61,358 nt of DNA from Pseudomonadota bacterium (GCA_023416575.1 JAEZHL010000313.1:1-61358), one strand, 5' to 3'. Numbered from the stretch's first letter, positions 8,859 through 20,510 are shown. Program-made: numbers and translations. The notes: generated from the sequence alone by a model not told the origin.

Positions 8859-11068
8859 GCGCGCACCTCCAGACGTTTCGACCTGAGCCGCACGGCGTTG
8901 GCCGTCACGGCGATGGATGAGCTCGACATGGCGATCGCTGCAATCAGCGGGGTTGCGTAGCCCGCCACCGCCAGTGGCACGAACACCGCATTGTAGCCGA
9001 GCGAGAGCGCGAAGTTCTGCAGTGCCATGCGATGCGCCGCCTTGGAGACGGCAAGCGCTTCGGTGACCGCGGCCAATCCCTCGCCCTGGAACACCACGTC
9101 GGCAGTGGTCTGGCTGACATCGGCCGCCGTCGACGGCGACAGCGAGGCATGCGCTGCCGCGAGCGCTGGCGCGTCGTTGAGGCCATCGCCGACCATCAGC
9201 ACCTTGCGGCCCGCCGCCTTGAGCGCCTCGAGACGGGCGATCTTCTGGGCCGGGTTCTGACGCGCGCGCCAATGCTCGATGCCCGCCTCCCGCGCCGCCG
9301 CTTCGACTGCCGCCGCCCGGTCCCCCGACAAGAGCTCGACCGCGTAGCCCGCCCCGGTCAGCTGGCGGATGACATCTGCTGCATCCGGGCGCAGACGATC
9401 CTCGAACCTGAGCGCCACCGCCTCACCGGCAGCCGGCCGGTACCACAGCGCGGCCGCTTCGCCCGCTTCCCCCTCGACCTGACACCAGGCCGCGGAGCCA
9501 AGCCGCTCCTCGCCGTCCGCTACCTGCCGCTGCATGCCCGAGCCAGCGACCTCGACCACACCGGCCCCCGCCGCAACGGACAAACCGCGCTCGCGCGCCG
9601 CACGGACGACCGCCCGCGCATAGGGATGCCGGCTCGCGGCCGCCAGCGCCGCCGCACGGGTGAGGACCTCATCACTCACGCTCTCGGCATCGACCAGCCG
9701 CGGCTCTCCGAGTGTGAGCGTCCCGGTCTTGTCGAAGACGATGGTGTCGACCTCGGCCAAACGCTCGAGCCCATCGGGCGCCTTCACCAGCACGCCCCGC
9801 CCGAACAGCCGGCTGGTGGCCGCCACCTGCACGGCCGGCACGGCCAGCGCCAGCGCACAGGGGCAGGTGATGATGAGCACGGCGATCGCCGCCGTCAGCG
9901 CCGGTTCCCAGGCGTGCCCCGTCAGCATCCAGCCGACGAACGTCGCGAGGCCCAGCAGATGCACCGCCGGCGCATAATGCCGTGCGGCTCGGTCTGCCAG
10001 ACGCACGTAGCGCCCCCGGCCCTGCTCGGCGGCGGCCATCAAGCGTCCGATCTCGGCGAGCAGCGTGCTCTCGTTGGTGGCCGTCGCCTCGACGACGAGC
10101 GGCGCACCCATGTTGAGAGTTCCGGCGAACACCTGCCGGCCCGGCTCGGCGGGAGCGGGATCGGACTCTCCGGTGATCAGGCTCTCGTCGATGGAGCCAT
10201 TCCCCTCGACGATACGGCCATCGACACCGATGCGTTCGCCGGCCGCCACCAGGATGCGCATGCCAGGCAGCAGCGATCTGGCGTGAACCCGCTCCGTCGT
10301 GCCGTCGGGCAGCAGCACGGTTGCCATGCTACTCCTGAGGCCGAGCAGATTGGCGGCTGCCCCCGCCGCGCGCGTGCGCATGAGCTGGTCGAGAAAGCGG
10401 CCGACGAGCAGGAAGAAGAGCAAGGACACGGCCGCGTCGAAGTAGACTTGATGGCTGCCGCGCATGGTCTGGTAGAGGCTCATGCCGGTCGCGAGCAGCA
10501 CGCCGAGCGAGATCGGCACGTCCATGTTGAGGCGCCGTGCGCGGATGGTGTCCCAGGCGGAGCGGTAGAAGGGCTGGCCCGCATAGGCGACGGCCGGGAG
10601 TGCGATCAATGCCGACAGCCAGTGGAACAGCGTCTGCAGCGACTGGTCCATGTCGCCCGACTGGCCCGACCACACGGCAACCGACAGCAGCATGATGTTG
10701 GCGGCAGCGAAGCCGGCGACGCCGACCCGGCGCAGGAACTCCTTCTCGCCAGCCGTGGTATCCGCATCCGGCTCGTCGGGCAGCGGAGCGGCCTTGAACC
10801 CGGCTTCCGCGAGCGCCTCGATCAGATCGTCGGCCGAGACCCGTCCCTTGCTGCTGATGACCGTGACGCGCCGGGCCGACAGGTTCGCCCGCGCCGATGC
10901 CACGCCCGGCAAGTCGCCGAGCTTCTGCTCGACTTTCCGCATGCAGCCGCCGCAGTGCATGTTCTCGACGACCAGCGTCGTGGTCTCGACCGTCGGCCCT
11001 TCGCTCTTGCGCTGCGCGGTGCTGACGGGTGCGGGTTGTCCCGCAGTGGAGGTCAGGACTTGAGCCAC
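8855..11068 (-). CDS. ccoI: Cu-translocating P1B-type ATPase CcoI/FixI
   Basis: HMA HCGGC, TGES, CPC, DKTGT, GDGLNDAPAL; position in ccoGHIS. Confidence 0.95.
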   Translation of the reverse strand: MAQVLTSTAGQPAPVSTAQRKSEGPTVETTTLVVENMHCGGCMRKVEQKLGDLPGVASARANLSARRVTVISSKGRVSADDLIEALAEAGFKAAPLPDEPDADTTAGEKEFLRRVGVAGFAAANIMLLSVAVWSGQSGDMDQSLQTLFHWLSALIALPAVAYAGQPFYRSAWDTIRARRLNMDVPISLGVLLATGMSLYQTMRGSHQVYFDAAVSLLFFLLVGRFLDQLMRTRAAGAAANLLGLRSSMATVLLPDGTTERVHARSLLPGMRILVAAGERIGVDGRIVEGNGSIDESLITGESDPAPAEPGRQVFAGTLNMGAPLVVEATATNESTLLAEIGRLMAAAEQGRGRYVRLADRAARHYAPAVHLLGLATFVGWMLTGHAWEPALTAAIAVLIITCPCALALAVPAVQVAATSRLFGRGVLVKAPDGLERLAEVDTIVFDKTGTLTLGEPRLVDAESVSDEVLTRAAALAAASRHPYARAVVRAARERGLSVAAGAGVVEVAGSGMQRQVADGEERLGSAAWCQVEGEAGEAAALWYRPAAGEAVALRFEDRLRPDAADVIRQLTGAGYAVELLSGDRAAAVEAAAREAGIEHWRARQNPAQKIARLEALKAAGRKVLMVGDGLNDAPALAAAHASLSPSTAADVSQTTADVVFQGEGLAAVTEALAVSKAAHRMALQNFALSLGYNAVFVPLAVAGYATPLIAAIAMSSSSIAVTANAVRLRSKRLEVRA

Positions 11069-11553
11069 AGCCGCTCCCTCAATCTGTAGACAGGTTCACT
11101 GGCGCCCGTGGCCGGCCACTTCGCCTCCAGGCTGATGAGCCAGGCGCCGGGCTCGAGATTATCGAACGCCATCGTGTAGCGGCCCGGCTCGACCTCGGTC
11201 AGCATGACCTGCAGGTCACGCTGATTGGTCGATGGCCGCCCGAGAAAGCCGGCGAATGAGAGCCCTGAGACCGGCGTCCCCGCCTTGTCGCGCAACACGA
11301 GGCTGAGCCCCTGCTCGCGCGTCAACGTCGCCTCCGTTCTCCAGCCGAGCTCATCCTGGCGCGCGCCGGCCGCGATGCGGTCGTTGTAGTCGAGGCCTTT
11401 CCGATAGGGCTCCTGCGCGACGACGCCGGAGTAGGTCGACAGCGCCGCGTAAAGAAAAATGCCGTTGGCGAGAAACACCGTCCCGAAGAAGCCGAGAAAG
11501 GCCCAAAGCACGTGCCGTCCCTTGAGACCTCGCGCGTGTTGGATGACAGACAT
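11053..11553 (-). CDS. ccoH: FixH/CcoH family protein
   Basis: LKGRHVL...FFGTVFLANG...AL.TYSG...Y.KGL.YN; between ccoG and ccoI. Confidence 0.92.
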   Translation of the reverse strand: MSVIQHARGLKGRHVLWAFLGFFGTVFLANGIFLYAALSTYSGVVAQEPYRKGLDYNDRIAAGARQDELGWRTEATLTREQGLSLVLRDKAGTPVSGLSFAGFLGRPSTNQRDLQVMLTEVEPGRYTMAFDNLEPGAWLISLEAKWPATGASEPVYRLRERLWLKS

Positions 11554-11567
11554 CGGTCGAGCTCCCT

Positions 11568-13097
11568 TCATTCCAGGCTGGCGCGGCGGGGCACAGCACT
11601 CTGGAAAATGGCCTCGCGGCGCATCTCCGTCCCGGATGCTGTGTTCCTCACGATGATCTCGAACTTCGTGGACGGCGGCGTCAGTGCCGGCACCTTGTCC
11701 GGCGGCACGGTCACCAGGACGCGCAGCTCACGCACATTGTCGGCGGGAATGCGGATGGCCGGCGCAGACGCATCCTGCCCGACGATCGCCATGCGCGCCC
11801 CAGGCAGGCCATCGAGCGCGAGCACGACATCGACGGAGTCGTGCAGCTTGTTCAGCACCTTCACCGTGTAGCCGTTGCGCACGCCGCCGTCGGACAACGG
11901 CACGAACAGCACGCCGCGGTCGTGCAGCACGTTGACCTCGAGCGTGGTGCGGAATGCCAGCCCGAGCGCCATCACCGCCGTGACGAACAGGATCAGGCCG
12001 GAATACAGCACTGTGCGTGGCCGGATCAGCCGCAGAGGCTCATGGGTGACGCCCGCAACCTTGGCTTCCTGCCTCGCGATGGTGTCGTAGGCGATGAGAC
12101 CGCGCGGCCGATGGATCTTATCCATAATCTCATTGCAGGCATCGATGCACAGCGCGCACTGGATGCACTCGAGCTGCGCGCCGTCGCGGATGTCGATGCC
12201 AGTCGGGCAGACCGCCACGCACGCCTTGCAGTCGATGCAGTCGCCGCGACCGTCCCAACCCTGCCCCTTGCGGATCGGGCCACGCGGCTCGCCGCGCTCG
12301 GGCCGGTAGCTGACGAGCAGCGTATGGCGATCGACCATCGCCCCCTGGATGCGTGGCCAGGGGCACATATAAACGCAGACCTGCTCGCGCGCGATGCCGC
12401 CCAGGAGGTAGGTCGTGAACGTGAAGATGCCCAGGAACAGGTAGGCGATGGCTGGCGCCGTACCGGTCATGAGCTCCAGGGCGAGCGTCGGAGCGTCGCG
12501 GAAATAGAACACGAGCGCACCGCCCGTCGCCGCGCCAATGGCGAGCCACGACAGGTGCGTCATGGTCTTTTTGAAGATCTTGACGGGTCCCCACCGCTCC
12601 TTGTCGAGCCTGATGCGCGCGTTGCGGTCGCCCTGCCAGAAGCGCTCGACCACGATCATGAGATCCGTCCACACCGTCTGCGGACAGGTGTAGCCGCACC
12701 AGACACGGCCCGCAGCCGAGGTCACCAGGAACAGGCCGAGCGCGGAGAGCACCAGGATGCCGGTGACGAAATAGAGCTCCTGCGGCCAGATCTCGAGAAA
12801 GAACAGGAACAGCCGCCCATTGGCGAAATCGAGCAGCACGGCCTGATCGGGAAGGTTCTCGCCGCGATTCCAGCGCAGCCACGGCAGCACGTAGTAGATG
12901 CCGAGCGTGATCACCATCACTGCCCATTTCACCGCGCGGAAACGCCCGTGCGCCAAACGCGGGTAGATCTTCTGGCGGGCCGCATAGAGCTCCCGGTCCG
13001 CCTTGCGATTGACCGCGGCAACCTCGACTTTCTCAACGCCCGGTGCAGCTTCGCTGATGAAGTCCGCAGGTTTGAGGTTCTTCGGCATCGCAGTCAT
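11568..13097 (-). CDS. ccoG: Cytochrome c oxidase accessory protein CcoG/FixG
   Basis: GRVWCGYTCPQT, CVYMCPWPRIQ, CIDCKACVAVCP, CIQCALCIDAC; ATG 13097 after GGAGGAGG. Confidence 0.95.
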   Translation of the reverse strand: MTAMPKNLKPADFISEAAPGVEKVEVAAVNRKADRELYAARQKIYPRLAHGRFRAVKWAVMVITLGIYYVLPWLRWNRGENLPDQAVLLDFANGRLFLFFLEIWPQELYFVTGILVLSALGLFLVTSAAGRVWCGYTCPQTVWTDLMIVVERFWQGDRNARIRLDKERWGPVKIFKKTMTHLSWLAIGAATGGALVFYFRDAPTLALELMTGTAPAIAYLFLGIFTFTTYLLGGIAREQVCVYMCPWPRIQGAMVDRHTLLVSYRPERGEPRGPIRKGQGWDGRGDCIDCKACVAVCPTGIDIRDGAQLECIQCALCIDACNEIMDKIHRPRGLIAYDTIARQEAKVAGVTHEPLRLIRPRTVLYSGLILFVTAVMALGLAFRTTLEVNVLHDRGVLFVPLSDGGVRNGYTVKVLNKLHDSVDVVLALDGLPGARMAIVGQDASAPAIRIPADNVRELRVLVTVPPDKVPALTPPSTKFEIIVRNTASGTEMRREAIFQSAVPRRASLE

Positions 13098-13165
13098 CAG
13101 CCTCCTCCCCTCCCGCTCTGGCAGGAGGGGACGCAAGAGATACGGGTGCGCCGGGGGTGCACCAG

Positions 13166-14032
13166 CTATTGTCCTCCGCCCAACGAATGGACGTAGACAG
13201 CCAGCGACTTGACGGTCACTGGATCGAGACGGCCCTCCCACAAGGGCATCTGGCCGCCGCGGCCGGTACGGATGCTGTCCATGATCGCCGCCTTCGTGCC
13301 GCCGTAGAGCCAGATGGCGTCCGTCAGGTTGGGCGCGCCGAGCTCCAGGCTCCCCTTGCCGGCATCACCATGACAGGTCGCGCACTGTTCGGCGAAGGTC
13401 GTTTGGCCGCGGGCAACGGCAGCCTGATCCGTGGCCTGACCCGAGAGAGACAGGACGTATTCGGCCGCATCCCCGATCTGCTTTTCATCGAGGAGCTTGT
13501 CGATGCCGTAGCGGGGCATCTGGCTGTCGCGCGCCTCGGCATGGCCGGAACGGATGCCGAAGCGGATCGTGTGCTCGATTTCGGCGATCTTGCCGCCCCA
13601 GAGCCAGTCGTCGTCATTGAGGTTGGGATAGCCGACGAATCCCTGCGCGCCGCGGCCGTGGCAGGGTGCGCAGTTGGTGCCGAACGCCGCCGCGCCGCCG
13701 GCCATGGCAAAGCGCAGGAGCTCCGGGTTGTCCTTCACCTGATCCAGCGGCGTGTCGGCGACCTGCTGCCGGAACTGGCTCTGCGCCGCACGCGCTCCCT
13801 CGACTTCCTTGGTGACGGCGGCGCGCTCGCTATGGCCGAGAATGCCCTCGGTGTAGCCAGTCAACGTCGGCCATGCCGGATAGAGCACCCAGTAGCCGAT
13901 CGCCCAGAGAATGCTCACGTACCAGGTCCAGAGCCACCAGCGCGGCAACGGCTTGTTGAGCTCCTTGATGCCGTCCCACTCATGGCCCGTGGTCTCGACG
14001 CCGGTGACCTTATCGATTTCCTTCCTGCTCAT
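13166..14032 (-). CDS. ccoP: cbb3-type cytochrome c oxidase subunit III
   Basis: TTGHEWDGIKELNKPLPRWW; two CxxCH (CAPCH, CATCH). Confidence 0.97.
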   Translation of the reverse strand: MSRKEIDKVTGVETTGHEWDGIKELNKPLPRWWLWTWYVSILWAIGYWVLYPAWPTLTGYTEGILGHSERAAVTKEVEGARAAQSQFRQQVADTPLDQVKDNPELLRFAMAGGAAAFGTNCAPCHGRGAQGFVGYPNLNDDDWLWGGKIAEIEHTIRFGIRSGHAEARDSQMPRYGIDKLLDEKQIGDAAEYVLSLSGQATDQAAVARGQTTFAEQCATCHGDAGKGSLELGAPNLTDAIWLYGGTKAAIMDSIRTGRGGQMPLWEGRLDPVTVKSLAVYVHSLGGGQ

Positions 14033-14208
14033 TGACGGCCCCCGTGGAGATTCATGTCCTTGTCGAGATCGAGCGCCTGCCTCTGCGCATTCTCGAGGCG
14101 CGGGCGATTGCCGGGCCAGAACGCGTAGGCGACGACGCCAACGAACAGCGCAACGAAGAGGAGAAGCGAGGTCACCTGACTGAATGCCGCGACAGTGTCA
14201 TAAGTCAT
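14029..14208 (-). CDS. ccoQ: cbb3-type cytochrome c oxidase subunit IV
   Basis: Not in ORF track; manual translation 59 aa MTYDTVAAFSQVTSLLLFVALFVGVVAYAFWPGNRPRLENAQRQALDLDKDMNLHGGRQ; GAGGA RBS; ATGA overlap with ccoP. Confidence 0.93.
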   Translation of the reverse strand: MTYDTVAAFSQVTSLLLFVALFVGVVAYAFWPGNRPRLENAQRQALDLDKDMNLHGGRQ

Positions 14209-14218
14209 GGCTGTGTCC

Positions 14219-14947
14219 TCACCTCAGGTTCGGGCCGGCTGCATCGAACTTGGTGAAGTCGACCAGCGTGCCGAGGATCTGCAGGTAGGCGATCAGCGCA
14301 TCGAGCTCCGTCACCTCTCCGCCCGGGCGGCCGTCGAACTTGGCGACCTTGGCCTTCGGGTAGCGCTGCAGAAGCTCGCGCGCTTCCCGCGTGTCCGGGT
14401 TGACCTGGGCCACGAGATCGGCCTTCGCCTTCTCGATCATTTCATCCGAGTAAGGCACGCCGACCGACCGCAGCGTCTTCAGCCGCTCGGCAATGGTTTC
14501 CGCGTCGAGCTTGTTCGTGGCGAGCCACGGATAGCCCGGCATGATGCTCTCGGGCACGACGGCCCGTGGATCGATCATGTGCTCGGCGTGCCATTGGTCG
14601 GAGTACTTGCCGCCGACACGCGCCAGATCGGGCCCGGTCCGCTTCGACCCCCACTGGAAGGGGTGGTCGTACATGCTCTCGGCGGCGAGGCTGTAATGCC
14701 CGTAGCGCTCGACCTCGTCGCGCAGGGTCCGGACCATCTGGCTATGGCAGCTGTAGCAGCCCTCGCGGATGTAGATGTCACGTCCGGCCTGCTCCAGCGG
14801 CGTGTACGGCCGCATGCCCTGCACCTTCTCGATCGTGCTGTCGATCCAGAACAGCGGCGCGATCTGCACGATGCCGCCGATCGAGACGACGATCAGGATG
14901 CCGACGAGAAGCAGGATCGAGTTCTTTTCGAGAATTTCGTGCTTCAT
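14219..14947 (-). CDS. ccoO: cbb3-type cytochrome c oxidase subunit II
   Basis: [34 protein letters not shown]. Confidence 0.97.
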   Translation of the reverse strand: MKHEILEKNSILLLVGILIVVSIGGIVQIAPLFWIDSTIEKVQGMRPYTPLEQAGRDIYIREGCYSCHSQMVRTLRDEVERYGHYSLAAESMYDHPFQWGSKRTGPDLARVGGKYSDQWHAEHMIDPRAVVPESIMPGYPWLATNKLDAETIAERLKTLRSVGVPYSDEMIEKAKADLVAQVNPDTREARELLQRYPKAKVAKFDGRPGGEVTELDALIAYLQILGTLVDFTKFDAAGPNLR

Positions 14948-14960
14948 TGTCCTTGCCCCC

Positions 14961-16619
14961 TTATTCCGCCGGAACCGGACGCAGCTCGGGCGCCGCCGCG
15001 ATGCGCGGCTGCTCCATCGCGTCGACCGGCTCGTCGCCGCGCACCGTGCGCCAGACGTTGTAGGCCATGATCAATCCGCCAATCACGAACAGCAGCCCAC
15101 CGACGGCGCGGATCACGTAGAAGGGCTTCATCGCCTCGACCGTCTCGACGAACGAGTACTGCAGGAAGCCGAGGCTGTCGTAGGCACGCCACATCAAGCC
15201 CTGCAGGATGCCCGACACCCACATTGCCGTGATGTAGAGCAGGATGCCGACAGTCGAGATCCAGAAGTGCCACTCGACGAGCCGCAGCGAGTAGAGGCCA
15301 CGGCGTCCCCACAGCCACGGCACCAGGCAGTAGATGGCGCCGAAGGAGACCATGGCGACCCAGCCGAGCGCACCCGAGTGCACGTGGCCGATGGTCCAGT
15401 CGGTGTAGTGGCTGAGCGAGTTCACCGCCTTGATCGACATGAGCGGCCCCTCGAACGTCGACATGCCGTAGAACGCGACGGAGACCACCAGCAGGCGAAC
15501 GACGGGATCGGTCCGCAGCTTGTCCCAGGCGCCCGATAGCGTCATCAGGCCGTTGATCATGCCGCCCCACGACGGCATCCAGAGCATGATCGAGAAGGTC
15601 ATGCCGAGCGTCTGCGCCCAATCCGGCAGCGCCGTGTAGTGCAGGTGGTGGGGACCGGCCCAGATGTAGATGAAGATCAGCGACCAGAAGTGGACGATCG
15701 ACAGGCGGTAGGAATAGACCGGCCGTTCAACCCGCTTCGGGATGAAGTAGTACATGATCCCGAGGAAGCCCGCCGTCAGGAAGAAGCCGACGGCGTTATG
15801 GCCGTACCACCACTGCGTCATCGCATCCTGAACACCCGAGAACAGGACGTAGCTCTGCGTGCCGGTGAGCGACACGGGCAGCGCGAGGTTGTTCACGATG
15901 TGCAACATCGCGATGGTGACGATGAACGCGAGGTAGAACCAGTTCGCGACGTAGATGTGCGGCTCGCGGCGCCGAGCGATGGTGCCGAGGAAGACGAGCA
16001 GGTAGATGACCCACACGATCGTCAGCCACAGGTCGGCGTACCACTCTGGCTCGGCGTATTCCTTGCTCTGTGTGACGCCGAGCAGGTAGCCGGTGCCAGC
16101 AATGATGATGAAAAGCTGGTAGCCCCAGACGATGAAGTACGGCGCCCAGCGCCCGGGCAGCCGGGCATGGCAGGTGCGCTGCACGACGTAGAGCGACGTG
16201 CCGATCAGCACGTTGCCGCCGAACGCAAAAATGACCGCTGACGTGTGCAGCGGCCGCATGCGCCCGAAGCTCGTCCAGGGCAGGTCGAAATTCAGCGATG
16301 GAAAGGCCATCTGCCATGCGATGAAGTCGCCGATGGCGAAACCCGCGACACCCCAGAATACGGCAGCGATGGTCGCAACTTTGATCGGGCCGTCGAAGTA
16401 GCCCTCCTCCGTCTCCTGGCTTTGCTTCAAGCCGAAGGCGTCCTTCAGAATGAAGAGCGCGCCGCCAAGGCACGCCAGCGCCAGCAGCGTCCCATGGAAC
16501 GCCATCGCACCGTCTCGCGTGTACACCGCGAGAACGGTGCCGAGCACGATGCCCAGCCCGCATCCGGCGACCGCGACGACGTCCGCGAACGCACGCCGCT
16601 CTACTGCCGTGTTTGCCAT
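14961..16619 (-). CDS. ccoN: cbb3-type cytochrome c oxidase subunit I
   Basis: [36 protein letters not shown]. Confidence 0.98.
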   Translation of the reverse strand: MANTAVERRAFADVVAVAGCGLGIVLGTVLAVYTRDGAMAFHGTLLALACLGGALFILKDAFGLKQSQETEEGYFDGPIKVATIAAVFWGVAGFAIGDFIAWQMAFPSLNFDLPWTSFGRMRPLHTSAVIFAFGGNVLIGTSLYVVQRTCHARLPGRWAPYFIVWGYQLFIIIAGTGYLLGVTQSKEYAEPEWYADLWLTIVWVIYLLVFLGTIARRREPHIYVANWFYLAFIVTIAMLHIVNNLALPVSLTGTQSYVLFSGVQDAMTQWWYGHNAVGFFLTAGFLGIMYYFIPKRVERPVYSYRLSIVHFWSLIFIYIWAGPHHLHYTALPDWAQTLGMTFSIMLWMPSWGGMINGLMTLSGAWDKLRTDPVVRLLVVSVAFYGMSTFEGPLMSIKAVNSLSHYTDWTIGHVHSGALGWVAMVSFGAIYCLVPWLWGRRGLYSLRLVEWHFWISTVGILLYITAMWVSGILQGLMWRAYDSLGFLQYSFVETVEAMKPFYVIRAVGGLLFVIGGLIMAYNVWRTVRGDEPVDAMEQPRIAAAPELRPVPAE

Positions 16620-16696
16620 CTCAGTGCCCCTCGCACATTGCCTGCTGCCCTGATCGTTGGTCGGGTCGTTATCCGTTCGCGCCGCCCGCCATCACT

Positions 16697-16710
16697 TTGA
16701 TTTGAGTCAA
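16697..16710. promoter_or_regulatory. FNR/FixK box of ccoNOQP promoter
   Basis: TTGA-TTTGAG-TCAA, exact TTGA-N6-TCAA, about 78 bp upstream of the ccoN ATG. Confidence 0.9.
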
Positions 16711-16796
16711 ACCCTATTGCCGCAGCGCCGTCCTCGAATCCGTTAGACATGCCGTCGCGCCCCCAAGGAATCCCTACGGGTGCGTCGATCTGCATG

Positions 16797-17282
16797 TCAC
16801 TGGTGCCGGCTGATTTCGTGAGTCTGCACGCCCGCCGTCGCGTGACGCAGAAGCGTGGAGTAGGCGGCGCGCTCCTCAGCCTCGGTCGTGAATTCGACGA
16901 CGATGATGGCGCCACCTTCCTGGAGATGACGATCGAGCTGCCGGGCGTGGCGCTCGAGCGTCCAAAGGCGGAAGTCTCTGAGAGCAGCGCACTTGCCATC
17001 AGCGGCCGTCACGGTGCGGGACCGCTTCGCAGAAGCAGGATCTGAGGCCCGTAAATCGCTCGCCCCAGCCACAGTCAAAATCTCGATGTCGAGATCCGCC
17101 GCACAGGCGCGCCAGGTCAGCGTATCTGCCTGCACCTCCTCGTGCGGTGCCATGACCATCATCCGATGCAACGGCAGGTCTGCAGCCTCGAGCTCCCGCA
17201 CGGCACGCTCGAGATCCGGCACGCGGTAGAATAGGCCGATCGCGAACCTCGCCTTATCTCCGCTCGTGTTGCCGCTGCTCAT
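16797..17282 (-). CDS. Hypothetical protein (weak YflT/general-stress 17M-like pattern)
   Basis: AIGLF...DLERAVRELEAA...LDRHLQEGGAIIVV; start at ATG 17282 chosen so that the FNR box lies upstream. Confidence 0.65.
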   Translation of the reverse strand: MSSGNTSGDKARFAIGLFYRVPDLERAVRELEAADLPLHRMMVMAPHEEVQADTLTWRACAADLDIEILTVAGASDLRASDPASAKRSRTVTAADGKCAALRDFRLWTLERHARQLDRHLQEGGAIIVVEFTTEAEERAAYSTLLRHATAGVQTHEISRHQ

Positions 17283-17342
17283 GTTCTGGAATTCCACCGG
17301 TGCCCGTGCGGGGGTGGATGAGCAATGCGTTTCCATCGCGCC

Positions 17343-17356
17343 TTGATCCAGATCAG
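17343..17356. promoter_or_regulatory. Putative FNR/FixK box
   Basis: TTGAT-CCAG-ATCAG, one mismatch to TTGAT-N4-ATCAA, about 60 bp upstream of ATG 17282. Confidence 0.7.
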
Positions 17357-17387
17357 TTTCGGTTGCATCGCGCACGCTGGCCCCCTC

Positions 17388-18083
17388 TCAGGAATCTGCC
17401 AGCGAAGCGAGCGCGCGCGCGTCGTTCAGGATCACCAGAGACGTACGCGGCAGGCCAATGAGCCCCTTGCGCTTGAACTTGCTCAGCGTGCGGCTGACCG
17501 TCTCGATGGTCAGACCGAGGTAGTCGGCCATGTCGAGCCGCGTCATCATCAGCTTGATGCGGCTCGGGTCCTCACCCATCGCCGCATTACGGCGCGACAG
17601 GGCGAGCAGGAAGGAAGCGACCTTCGCCTCCGCCGATTTCGCCGCGAGGCAGAGAAGATGATCCCGCGTCGCGGCGAGCTCCAGCGCTGCGAGGCGCAGG
17701 AAGCGCTGCGCGAGCTCGGGCCGCTGCGCCATCGTCCGCTCGAGAACCGAGCGCGGGATCCGGCGAAGGCGGACCGGGGTCAGGGCCTGCGCACTGTAGG
17801 CGTAGGTTCCGAGGCTGCAGTGACCGATCACGTCGCCAGGGTAGTAGAACGATACGATGTGCCGCTCACCGTCCGGCAGAATGCGGTAGGCGCAGATGAT
17901 CCCATCGAGCACCTCGAAGACGTGGCTCGCATCATCACCGTCGAGGAAGATGTCCTCGCGTGCGGACGCAGTCTGCACCGTGCCGGCATGAGAGCTGGCG
18001 AAATCTTTGCCGCACGCGGCAGAGTGGCAGGCGATGAAATCGAAGTCCTGGGCTATGGTCTCGGACGCCATCAGGGCGAGCAT
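17388..18083 (-). CDS. fixK: Crp/Fnr family transcriptional regulator, FixK-like
   Basis: cNMP-like domain (DGERHIVSFYYPGDVIG), HTH DMADYLGLTIETVSRTLS; lacks canonical FNR Cys cluster spacing; adjacent to ccoN. Confidence 0.8.
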   Translation of the reverse strand: MLALMASETIAQDFDFIACHSAACGKDFASSHAGTVQTASAREDIFLDGDDASHVFEVLDGIICAYRILPDGERHIVSFYYPGDVIGHCSLGTYAYSAQALTPVRLRRIPRSVLERTMAQRPELAQRFLRLAALELAATRDHLLCLAAKSAEAKVASFLLALSRRNAAMGEDPSRIKLMMTRLDMADYLGLTIETVSRTLSKFKRKGLIGLPRTSLVILNDARALASLADS

Positions 18084-18167
18084 CGGGTCTTCCCTCTCGT
18101 CAACTGCACTGTTGGTATGCAATTGAACAGACCAGCGTCGCGCCAGCATTGCGTCTCGGTCTTGAAT

Positions 18168-18183
18168 TGTAAGAATTTGTCGC
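18168..18183 (-). promoter_or_regulatory. Putative K-box (FxkR-type OmpR direct repeat)
   Basis: Minus strand GCGACA-AATT-CTTACA versus GTTACA-N4-GTTACA, about 85 bp upstream of the fixK-like ATG. Confidence 0.55.
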
Positions 18184-18240
18184 GTCGGCAGCCGGTCCGT
18201 CAGTCCGGTGGATGGCACATGCCAGAATTTCCGAAGTCGC

Positions 18241-18975
18241 ATGACGAAAGCTTCAGCGCATATTCTGGTCGTCGATGATGAGCCGCAGGTACGACTGCTG
18301 CTGCGACGCTGCTTCGAGGCCGAGGGCTATCAGGTCTCGGAGGCCGCGGGCCGTGGCGAAGCCCTGGAGCTCATCTCGCAGTCACCCTTCGACCTCGTGA
18401 CACTCGACCTCGGTCTCACCGACGGCGATGGTCTGACCGTGGCGCGCGAAATCCGGGGGCGCTCTCCGGTCCCGATCATCATGGTCACCGGCAAGGGCGA
18501 CACGATCGACCGCGTGGTGGGTCTCGAGCTCGGCGCCGACGACTACATCGCGAAACCTTTCCATTTGCGGGAAGTGCTGGCCCGTGTGCGCGCCGTCCTG
18601 CGACGCTCCGGCGCCGGAGCGACCGCGGCTGGTGAGGCTTCTACGCCGCAGCCGGCAGCTGCCGGTCAGAACGTGCTCACGTTCGCCGGCTGGGTGCTCG
18701 ACACCGCCAAGCGCGAGCTGAAAAACGACGCTGGGACTATCTGCGATCTCACCACCGGCGAGTTCGACTTGCTGGTGCTGCTGGCGAGCAATGCCAACCG
18801 CGTGCTGTCACGCGACCAGATCATGGACGGGCTGAAGGGGCACGACTGGACGCCGTACGACCGCACGATCGACAACCTCGTCGTGCGGCTTCGGCGTAAG
18901 GTCGAGGCGGACCCGGCGCGCCCGACACTGATCAAGACGGTCCGCGGAGTCGGCTACACACTGACGGCCGATTAG
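18241..18975 (+). CDS. OmpR-family response regulator (FxkR-like)
   Basis: ILVVDDE, LVTLDL, GLELGADDYIAKPF, wHTH DRTIDNLVVRLRRK...KTVRGVGY; divergent from fixK-like gene. Confidence 0.9.
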   Translation: MTKASAHILVVDDEPQVRLLLRRCFEAEGYQVSEAAGRGEALELISQSPFDLVTLDLGLTDGDGLTVAREIRGRSPVPIIMVTGKGDTIDRVVGLELGADDYIAKPFHLREVLARVRAVLRRSGAGATAAGEASTPQPAAAGQNVLTFAGWVLDTAKRELKNDAGTICDLTTGEFDLLVLLASNANRVLSRDQIMDGLKGHDWTPYDRTIDNLVVRLRRKVEADPARPTLIKTVRGVGYTLTAD

Positions 18976-18999
18976 GGAGCGCCCGGCGAGCTGCGGTGC

Positions 19000-20106
<1,107 letters not shown>

Positions 20107-20189
20107 TCATGTCATGGACCGGCGCATCAGCGCCTCACGCCCGTGCAGCATCCACCGCCGCCCACTCGCATCGCGCAGCGATCCTGCTG

Positions 20190-20510
20190 TCAGAACTGCT
20201 TTTCGGGTACCCGCACGACGAGACCGTCGAGCTCCGGAGTGACCTTGATCTGGCAGCTCAGGCGGCTTTCCTCGCGCACGTCGAACGCGAAGTCGAGCAT
20301 ATCTTCCTCCATCTGGGATGGAAGGCCCGTCTTCTCGCGCCAATTCTCGTCCACATAGACATGGCATGTCGCGCAGGCGCAGGCGCCGCCGCATTCAGCC
20401 TCGATCCCGGGCACGAGCGCGAGCTTGGCCGACTCCATGACGGTCATGCCCGGCGTCGCATCGACGACCTGCTCTGATCCGTCCGGCTGAACGAAAGTGA
20501 TTTTTACCAT
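20190..20510 (-). CDS. 2Fe-2S ferredoxin (adrenodoxin/putidaredoxin type)
   Basis: MVKITF...[15 protein letters not shown]...SRLSCQI; true start ATG 20510. Confidence 0.95.
   Translation of the reverse strand: MVKITFVQPDGSEQVVDATPGMTVMESAKLALVPGIEAECGGACACATCHVYVDENWREKTGLPSQMEEDMLDFAFDVREESRLSCQIKVTPELDGLVVRVPEKQF

Noticed and set aside
9032..11089. 685-aa plus-strand ORF and similar long ORFs (4853-6397, 11841-13196, 30884-32482, 34879-36144, 37878-39452, 45436-46608)
   Set aside because: Shadow or alternative-frame ORFs typical of high-GC DNA; they overlap well-supported genes and have no motifs.
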